A stretch of DNA of 64,000 nucleotides. Source: Psilocybe cubensis. Taxonomy: Eukaryota. The position numbers and the translations under genes were made by a program. This document shows, piece after piece, positions 11,159 through 20,928 of the stretch. The DNA is taken from contig CM039002.1 of the NCBI GenBank assembly GCA_017499595.2, forward strand, positions 1,364,001 to 1,428,000, given 5' to 3'. The notes below the pieces were generated by a model. That model did no database searches. It worked only from the letters and a program-made list of their open reading frames with translations, and was not told the DNA's origin. Position 1 is the first letter of the stretch, and the number at the start of each line of letters is the position of its first letter.

Positions 11159-11458
11159 TGTCAGAATCTAAGTAACGAGCGTGAAGCTCGATCTCAGTAC
11201 GTATCGTGGAACGAACTGAGTTGCAGTATCTACCTAAGTAACGAGCGTGAAGCTCGATCTACGAAGTGATGTAATAAGTAAATAATGAATGTTTAATGAA
11301 TAAACTTTAAGCATACCTCAGTACGTATCGTGGAACGAACTGAGGTATGAATCAAAGAGAAAACAAAGGAAATGGGGGAGCACGATACACGTGATGAAAG
11401 AAACGGATGAAGTAGTTAATCTATGTATACGGCGTATCCGAGTCGTCATATTCTAACA
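11159..11458 (-). repeat. 5' LTR (300 bp)
   Basis: Direct repeat of 5959-6258, offset exactly 5200 bp. Confidence 0.98.
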
Positions 11459-14400
11459 AGCACATGTGCCAATCTGTTACTCGAGTGTCAACCGATGCAT
11501 AAAGGACGTATGAGGTCAGTTTTTCGTACCGAGTGCCAGGCGGTCTCAACTATTATGTGATTGTCGAGATAAATAAATAAATATAGGGCAGTAAAATTAC
11601 TATGACTGGAAACGCACCGTTTCGTCTATGATATTCGTCGATGGCAGCGTCATCTTCTTTCGAATAAACGATAATGGGAGCAGAAACATTGACAGGAGAT
11701 GCCGGTTGTATGGTTCGGGCATTACTATTTTCTTTGAAAATTGGATGTCCGACAACTAGATCCCCTGCGTAGTATTTGAGCCGGCGGCCAAGTTCACGAG
11801 CCTTTTTGTACCCCCATCGAAGGGAAACAAGATCTGACGGACTTGAGCAATTGGTAAGGCTACGCTTATGTTTACTTTTCGAACGGCTGGAAACATACTC
11901 GTCGAGAAACCCAGGATGAAAATCTAACGGAGTTTTTGCATCCTTAGAAGTGACATGGACGCTACCAACTGATGATGGATAACCCTTGTAAACCGAACAA
12001 TATGTCAGATGGATTAAGCTACCTCAAATTGATGAATATGTAATTACCAAGTAATAGCCAATGCTGTAATACTTCCCGCGTGGAACTTCAGGGTTGACAC
12101 CACAGTAGCTGACAACGGAGGTTGCTGGTCAGGCTTTGCTCGTTCGATATGCGGTCATTATAACATACGCAGCAAGTGGAGCCATTAAAATGACAGGTTT
12201 GTCGTGATGGTCAGCTTTAGCGAAATAAGATTGCCATCGATAGTCGAACTCAGGTGAGATTTCGGCAAGCTCCTCTTTGCTTGGGCGCATCCTGACCACA
12301 GCATCAAGTCCACTGGTGAGGTTGATGAGGTGAATCCGCTGAATCTTGTAAGCAAGCACCTACTTGTGCGATAACAAACCACTTCCATCTTTCAACCATT
12401 GCGTTTCGTAATCTGAACCGAATTAAAGGTTAACTGACTTTAGAGAACAAATGGACGTACCTTTGATTTCTTCGGTGCTTCCTCGGAAAATTTGATCCAT
12501 AGTGTCCGCGTCCTCTGTTGCGACAAAAGGAAGAAAGATGACGTTGTGGTCTAAATAGATGTGTACATGAGCTTGTTTTGAGATGTCAAAATCATTGTCT
12601 GACTAGCTTACCCATATAGTTCTCTCCGACGCCAGGGAGGTCCACAACAAGGTCTATACCAGCTTTGTTCAATACCGCCTCTCCACCAATCCCAGATCTC
12701 TCGAGAATTGCTGGTGAACCGAAAGCTCCTGCTGAAACTACGACTAGACGAGATGCTCGAGCGATGAGCAAAGGAGATTCTGTTCCCTTGGATTCATTAA
12801 AATATTCTACGCCAACTGCCCGGCCATCTCTGAATCGACTTAATTAACGAAATCATGTATGCTTTATAGTTGGAATGACCACTTACTCCAAAACGACGCG
12901 TGTAACTTTGTGTCTGTCCAAAATTGCAAGGTTTTTATTGCCCTCTTGGTTGTATATGTAGTGGTGTGCAGTGTCAGACCTTCGTCCCGTCTTGAGGTCA
13001 ATATACCTGATCTTATAAGTCAGATGTAATAGTCACTTAACCTGAACACAATGAAGGTACCTTTGCACTCGCTGAATAAGAGATGCAAATAAGTATGACC
13101 TCTTTTCACCACCCTGGATACACTCACTCCGTACTGATCACAGCTAGTAAATGTATTGGTGTCGTCTGTGATGGTGCGCTCCTGATCAAAGGCGGCTGCA
13201 ACTTCCAAAAAGTTCTCTCCGACATTTACTAAATCTGGCGCGAATGAAACTTTTAGCGGGCCTGAACTTCCATGTGTGGAATTCAGCGTATTTGGTTGGT
13301 GTGTTTCCGCCTTGATTGAATTCGAATTAACAAGGGTGCCTGTTAAGAATACCCTTCCACACCTTTTTTAACAGAGGAATCAAATACTTTGATCCCCAGC
13401 CTTTGTTTCCGTATTCAGTTTCCCAGTCATCGTAGTCAGATGCCGCTCCTCGAGTGTATACCATGACTAGGATGAGATATTAGAACCAAAATAAATTAGC
13501 ACATTGATATCTAACTTGCAATTGACACTCGAGCCACCTCCCACAGCATGCCCGGTCGGCACAATGGGTGATCTACCGAGAAGAGATGGGCTAGACCTGC
13601 CAATGTGGAAGGTGAAAGTTTCCTTGACCTGAGCGAAGTTGCTAAAATATCGGGCAGGTTGAACACAGTCTTCCATTCCTTTGACGTGTGGACCGGATTC
13701 CACAATCTAAGCGCCTTCCTGAGTTTCATCACTATTTCGAAAATTAGTTGACATACCAGAATCTTTAGGCTAGGGTCAGCCTCGGCAAGACGGCCAGCTG
13801 TGATGCAGGCTGATGCCCCTCCTGGTGTGTTTCCAAAGGATGGTTGGCATCAACGAGTTGGATATCATGTCTTGTCAAAGACGAACCTCCTGCAAAGATT
13901 ATATCATATGTCGATTCTGACCCTGCAGTTTGCTGGTGCGAATGCATATTCCCAGATAGGTTTGAGTATAAGACCAATCAAATGCCCAAAGCAAGCAAGG
14001 ACTTGACGAACTACTGTCCTGCGAGTTGCAATATTTATCGCTAACAACGCCCGGGTGGAACGGTGACAACTCATCCTCCATCATTCGGTAATTGGTTCAT
14101 TGAACGTGGCGATGTTTAATGCAAAAGGGTGCGCATGCGAAAGTCGAGAAGTTGTCAGATGTCCAAGCCATGTACTACAATGTACTATCGTGCTTGGCTC
14201 TTGATGTGCTGCGGAAACGGAACAACGGATAGAACAATAACATTAGCCGGCCTTAAGGTAAGCTAGACTCGGAGTCTGCGACCGGGAAACCTAGGGAAAG
14301 GGCACGAAGTCCAATGATTAAAGTTCCAGATCCTGTGAATGGTCATTCAAGTTTCAACATATCGGCTTGATACCACTAACTGCACGTACACATTTCCTTG

Positions 14401-14816
14401 GAGTAGACCAATCATCATGCTTAATTATTTAGTATAAGGAAATCGAAAAGTGTACCGTTATATATGTGACGCGTTTTTGCCATGAGTGAGAGCTTGTGGC
14501 ATTATTGAACCTGTGCCATGGAACAGAGATTACATAAATACTAAATTTCTGTCATCATTTTCTTTTAACTCTCACGATCCTCATGATGCCAGTTTCACCC
14601 AAGGTTCATCTGACATGCAATAATACCTCGTTAGATCAAGTTAAAAACTTACGGCAAGGTCAGTTCGCCACTATTGTTCGCAACTTATCTGTTAGGGGCC
14701 TAATGCGCAATAGATTGATGGAAATAAACGCGAACAAATGAAATGCTATGCTACAGTACTGGTGAATATCATCATGGTCTAACGTGGGTCAAAATGTCTG
14801 TTGGGAGCCCCAACTA

Positions 14817-17275
14817 TTAGTTGCCAGCAGCAGCGATGCACTGAGCTTGCTGAGCGTTGCAAGCAGATACAGTGAAACCATTCTTGTTTCCCGAAGCGTT
14901 GGCAGCATTTGCGCACTGGTTATTTTGAACATCACTGTTATACAATAAATTTCAGCGCCGCAAAATTTGAGTTCCTGAATGGACCTACCAAGAGCGCACA
15001 ACGGCATTCCTGACGTTGTTGAAGGAAGCGTTACCTGCCACTTGGAACTGTCCGTTACCAGCCGCTGTCACGACAGGAGCTACGACGTTTCCAAGAGCAC
15101 CCTGGAAGGTTTGAAGATTGCCCGAAACGTTGGAAGCTTGTGTGGCAGTCGCCACCGGAGCAGCAGCGGTAGTAGGGGCAGCAGCGGTGGTGGTGGCAGG
15201 AGCGGCAGGAGCCTGAACAGCTCCAACAACTCTACCTTGGTTATCAATTTGCTGAACAGAGGCAAAGTTCTACGGAAGATATTAGCACGATAAATAGTTA
15301 CAATCGCATAGGCACGCACGGTGGTGATTCCGAAGACTTGATTGAAAGCGTCTGCCTGTGCACCGCTTCCCTTGGTGGCGGCGGATGCAGCGCTTTGGGC
15401 AGTCTTGCAGGTTGCCTTGGCAGTTGCGTCTGCGGCACAAGAGTTGGTCAAAGTATCACAGATGAACTCTAAATTGAATTGTTAGTAAAAATTATCGGTT
15501 AGACCGAAGAGACAGCTCACGGGTGATGATGTCGATGTTCTGAGCAGATCCATGGTTGAACGAAGCTAGAATATAATTAACTTCCAAGACCTAACGAAGC
15601 AAACTGGTTATTTACCTTTGTCAACAGGTTGGAAGCTGGTTTCTTTTCTGTTGTCGAAACCCGCAGCAAATTCGATCTCAGGGACAGAACATTTACCAAA
15701 GCTACCAATGCCGGAGGAGACAGCAGGGGTGCTAGCAGGTGGGGTCTGAGATACGACAGATGCAACAGGGGCAACAGGGGCAGCTCCAGCAGAAACTACT
15801 CTTCCTTGGTTGTCAATGACAGCAACTGTGCTAAATGTCTGAGGGATTTCACATTGTCATCAAAAGTAGAAGCAAAACTAAAAGAAATGCATTTACGGTT
15901 GTGATCCCAAACGCGGCATTGAAGGCATCAGCCTGCGCGCCTGTCTGAGATGCAGCGGCAAGGGCAGCTGTTTGAGCCTGAGCACAGAGGTCTTTAGCAG
16001 CCTGGTTAGCCTTGCAGCTGTTCGTCAAAGTATCGCAGATGAATCCTGAGAGAAGAAATGAGTCATTGTAACAACATATGGGCGGCAGAGACGCACGAGT
16101 GATAATCGCAATATTTTGAGCGGAACCATGGTTGAAAGATTCTAAAACAACTTATCAGCATCTGATAGAAAGTTACAGCAAAGATCTTACGCTTGTCAGT
16201 GGGCTGGAAGCTGGTCTCCTTTCGGTTGTCAAAGCCAGCAGCGAATTCAATTTCCGGAACAGTACAGCTACCAAAGTCGGCGCCAGCAGGAGCAGTGGCA
16301 GGGGTAGTAGCTGCGGGAGGAGCAGCCGTGGCAGCATCATCCCCCACAATGACGGTGACAGCAGGATCTGATGCAGTAGCAGTAGCAGCAGCAGTGACGG
16401 TGACGGTGACAGTGGACTGTAGAGGACGTGATTATTTATCGGCGCAGAAATAATCCAACTAGTACTGCACTTACGGCAGCGCAATCAGTCGCACTCGGTG
16501 TCTCAATCAAGATTGGTTCCGTCTCCTGGGGTGTCTCTACAGGAGTTTCGGGAGAAGGCCTTCGCTACAGGTTAGGATCTAAAATCAATTTAACGGATTA
16601 ATTAATGAACTTACTGAGCAACAGCACCGTTGAAAGGCGAAGTATTGGCTTGAGTGCCTTTACGGACCGACGCCTTCTTTGCAGGGTCGAAGAATATGTT
16701 GGGGTCGTTCGCAGGATCCTGAGCTTGAACAAGACCGTTGAGCTGAGGGTTCTTGGGGGCCTTCTGACAGAAAACAGAGTTTCGGTTGGTGGGTGGATTT
16801 GTCGTGAAATCCTACCCATATCGGATCAGAAACAGAACAAAGTATACCAATATTTATCATTACCGGAGGAGTATTCTTCTCGACTTGACGGTATTCAACG
16901 GCAGCGGCAATCATGAGTTCTTGAGTGGCGGCATCGAATTGCTTACTGGCATCTACAAGGCATTTAGCGGACATTTTTTATCAATATAGGCGATGGCGTA
17001 CCGATGATTGCATCTGCGTGATCCTGTTGGGAACACTCAGGCTGAGCGGCGAGCAAAGGAGTCACTGCTTGGCCAGCTAATACACCGCAAACTTCTCCAG
17101 GGCATGCGGTTCTGATTTTTTCAAGGACAGCAGGCTGTTCTTGACCAAATCTCCGTGGATACAAGTAGACAGCACGTCCATCCCTCTCGAGCCACCTTTC
17201 ACGTGCGAAGGCTTGATCAACTGAAGCAGCAAGGACAGAGCACGCTAACAGAGCAAACTTGGAAGTCAAAAGCAT
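14817..17275 (-). CDS. Secreted multi-domain Cys/Ala-rich protein with an internal domain duplication, function unknown
   Basis: Signal peptide MLLTSKFALLACSVLAASV. Two copies of FGxCxVPEIEFAAGFDNRKETSFQP...SFNHGSAQNI...FICDTLTNSC...AQADAFN, Ala/Pro/Thr linkers, and a C-terminal Cys domain ending CNAQQAQCIAAAGN-TAA. Confidence 0.85.
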
Positions 17276-19988
17276 TTTTGATGTGTTCAGAAATTCGGAT
17301 TAAGGAGCAAAGAATGTGTGCAGCAGGTAGGCCCAAGAATAAGAAAAGAATGAAATGGAAAAGATAGACACCTGGTCAAAAGTTGGTAGAAGAGGCAAAA
17401 ATGAACGAGCCGTCAGCGACACAAGTGTCTAAAGGTTCACTGAACCTAGAAAAGAGAAACAAAGGGAAGTAGTTTTCGTATAATTGCATTAGGCTCATTT
17501 AATAGTGAATCAACAGGAGTGCCTAGTCCCGGTTGTTCTCTCCAATCAAGGCCCCCACCCGAGACCGATATATTTCCGCGAGTTGCTTTGCCAACATAGG
17601 ATTACAAGGGCCGAGTCTTGGATAGTTTCTTCGCTCAAGCGATTTCAGAGGTAAAGCGAGCCCCTTTGGAAGTTCCAAAAAGAAGACGGATGAGAATATT
17701 TCACATAAACGAAATTTCACTGATGATGGTTGGTATACAACCTCGTATCAAGCCATGTTTACTTGTTTAGGTAGACATTACTAGTAGTGAGACCGCGCGA
17801 GGACTTGATTTAAATTTCTGCATTGGTTTTCTGGTATTTTTCACCTCGCACAACCGACTTCATGATCAATTACCTTGAACATGGAGGACAGATAGAACTG
17901 GCACAAGATGATCGTTACTGTTGCTCATGACCTTTGGTTGTGAGAGCTGAGGAGATCATCGATCAGGAGCATATGGGTAAGGTAGCAACCAGAGATGCAC
18001 ACCAATTATTACGAGTTTAATGGTGATATGCAATAACTGCTCAAATCTAACAGTAAAAGTTCTTTAAAGAATGGGAAATGTATTCTGCAGTTTCAAAAAA
18101 TTACAGAGTCAACCACTGGCTGAGCCCTTGAAGTAGGACGGACTATGTAATAGCAAAAAATATTGTCCGCATCTGACACAAGTATAATAACTTGAGCATA
18201 ACGGGTTGCTACCTAGTTGCTATCGGTTGTCATCCCAGGGTCAAATACGGCACCCTAAAGACACCGCTGATAGGTATTTAGACCTCCCGTCGTACCCTGT
18301 CGTACCTGATCGCAATCAAGTCTATTAACGCAGATTAACATAGATTAACCCTCGGGCATCAATGCTCCATTGTCGCGACTCACCATACGTAGAGGCTTAT
18401 AATAAAACATTGCAGGACCTATTTCTATAGCAGTCGAGGATTTACAGGAACTGCATATAATCAACAATTTCAACTAATCTCTTCGATAGACGTCGTTTAT
18501 TTTGAAACACAAGAAGAACACCACACCTAAACCAACTCAACCATATTGAGATCAGTAGTAATATTTTCCCGGAATCAATGGCAAAGCAGACACCACTTTG
18601 ACTTGAGAGCCAGGTTACTCTTTGAGTTCACCAGCTGTTGTCATGCCGTTTTCGCTCCACTAGTTTTCTCACACCGCTGGTCTGGGAAGGATGTGACAGC
18701 CACCTTCGGCTACCGGGTTATGAGCGTATTGAGGCCACCTTGTAAACATTCTAAGCATTTTGTTAGTTCCCCGCTGGGGGGTGTATACCCACCAATGGAG
18801 TTTATTGAAAACCAAAGCGCATGGCAATCGAAATTTCAGACACTGCTCTTCAGCCCCGAGAAAGTTATAGCGAGTTCTCTATGAACGTATGCCCCATGAC
18901 TGACAGAAGCTTGAGTCAGAGGTCTTGTTGTTTTACACTCGACTACACCAGAAAGTGTCAACGGGTTCGGACACACAGATACTATGTTTAGTTAAGGAAG
19001 ACGTACTGAGTATCAAACTCGGAGGTCGTATGCAGAACCATGTGGTCGTGTTTAAGTCCTCGTCTGGGGACTCGGAAGCGCCAAAGACAGAACTCCATCC
19101 GCAAAGTCATTCGAATCCAAATAAAGAAACCACAAATCGTCATGGTCAACATGCATACTATCTGTACCAAAAATTCGAGATTCATCTTGTTGTCTAGGTT
19201 ATAAGGATTATAAGCACACAACTCTTGGAGTCATAACTGAGGATAACTACCAGCCCACAAAATCACTTTCTCCCAGTCATTTTTAGAAGGCAGCTAGCTA
19301 ATCAATTTCCACGGGTGAAGGGAAACGTCATGGTCATAAACTGGCGAATGTATATCTTCTGACCTCGTTGCCGTATATATGTTCATTGCACGGGGAGATA
19401 ACAAATGTTCAGTAGACACTTAACTAGGCCAACGGCGGTCGCAACCGTCCCGAGAAGGATCAAGTTGTAGTGTAAATTCAAGGTAAGCAGATAAAAATTT
19501 TGGGATCAAGAACGTAAACGAACCTAACGATCAGATGGGGCATATCATTGCTCTGTAGCTCAAGAAAGACAGAGATATTTGCTAAGACGTCCGTTTGTTA
19601 CAGTCAAAAAACCGAATTGAATAGTACACGATAGGACATTTGTTGCCCAAGTAATCCAGAGGCTTTGATGGTACAGCGCCATTACGTTACGTGGGCGTTG
19701 GAAATGGTCACTCGGGGAGATTTCACAAACGTAATCTTCAACCTGTTTGCTTTTTAAGTAGGATCCGATGGAAGACGATTGTTTGTGCGCAGACTGCGCT
19801 ACGAGTTATGACAGAAGAGGTCAAATAATGCCAATGCAAAGAAATGCAATAATACTCGAGCGAATTGAGAAAGTCTACATGTGCGATATCAACTTCAGGA
19901 GAGTTGGATATAATTATCTTGCCTCCGACCCAGGCTACTGGTCCGTCTCTATCGAATTGTTAATTCAGCACCCATCAACATCCATATT

Positions 19989-20606
19989 TTAATGGTGGTG
20001 TTCATCGTGGTGCTCTTCACCCTGGAAGTCAAGCTTGTAAACTGCGGGTCACATTGTAAGATCCAGATAAGCCGGTAGGAAGATAAACCAAGACGCGTAC
20101 CTGAGCCGCACTCCGTGCAACGGCCCAACTTGTCCTTCTTCAGGTTGAACCAGAGGATGTCATGAGAGTCGGCAGGAACACCCGTGCATCCGATGATGCG
20201 TTCAACGTCCTAGAAACGAAACAAAAAATACAAAATACAAGAACAAAAGCGGTTAGTATTAGGCGGGTTACAATATGAACAATGTATGTCGGTCACGTAC
20301 AAAGGAGGGGACGAGAACGGGGTTAGCTTTAGTACCAATGCGGGAGGAGTCCAGAGGGCTGTCATCAAAGACATTGATTCCTTCAAGCTCTCCGAGAAGT
20401 TGCAGACGCTCGAGACCGGTGGCCTGTTCAATATCGGTAGGGACTGTACCGGGTTTGGCACCTTCACCATACAACTGAGGGGGTGGGGGTCCAGATTGGA
20501 CGCGAACGCTGGTGGAGAAAGCGCGCAGGGTGGATGTGGATGGCTTGGTGAGAGCGCGACCCGCCAGGGCGGCTGGACGAGCAGCACGGACAGCGGTCTT
20601 GAACAT
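19989..20606 (-). CDS. COX4: Cytochrome c oxidase subunit IV (COX5B family), 3 exons
   Basis: Arg/Ala-rich mitochondrial presequence, GTVPTDIEQATGLERL, RIIGCTGVPADSHDILWF, RCTECGS/VYKL. Confidence 0.95.
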
Positions 20607-20928
20607 GGCTTTTGGGAGAAATATTATTGACGAGACGACTTGGAGATGACAGTCCAAGGGCGTGTCACGTATACTGCCATCGCGTTACGGTCACTCCGGC
20701 CTCTCCCGCTGCGGCTTCTCCTAGGCAGCGCCTAGCTCTGATCCAGACTTTCAATTCGTTTTTTCCTTTCTCTTTTAAAATCGTAAATTCGAAACGCGTT
20801 AGGCTACATTTACATACATGATACATACACTGCTCGTACTGCCGATTTTGTACTGTAAGTGTTGAAACGGGAAAGTAGAGAACGCAAACAAAAAAAAGCT
20901 AAACCGCTAAAAAAATTCAAGAACAATC

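Larger units (their letters stand above)
5959..11458 (-). mobile_element. Full-length Ty1/Copia LTR retrotransposon, 5500 bp
   Basis: Two 300-bp LTRs (TG...CA) that look identical by eye, 5-bp TSD AGCAC at 5954-5958 and 11459-11463, PBS, PPT, and a single gag-pol ORF with Copia domain order PR-IN-RT-RH. Confidence 0.98.
5706..13947 (-). pseudogene. Alcohol oxidase-type GMC oxidoreductase (AA3_3-like) interrupted by an LTR retrotransposon
   Basis: N-terminal TYDIIFAGG and GHAVGGGSSVN, then VETAWHS/IGTCA to the right of the element and MKPRDQKGVVDERLNVYG...AIAIGEKAA to its left. Removing the element and one TSD restores in-frame IGTCAMKPR. Confidence 0.9.

Noticed and set aside
3597-17275. Secondary-metabolite cluster (oxidoreductases, transporter, secreted protein)
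   Set aside because: No backbone enzyme or recognisable RiPP precursor; the neighbours are housekeeping genes.
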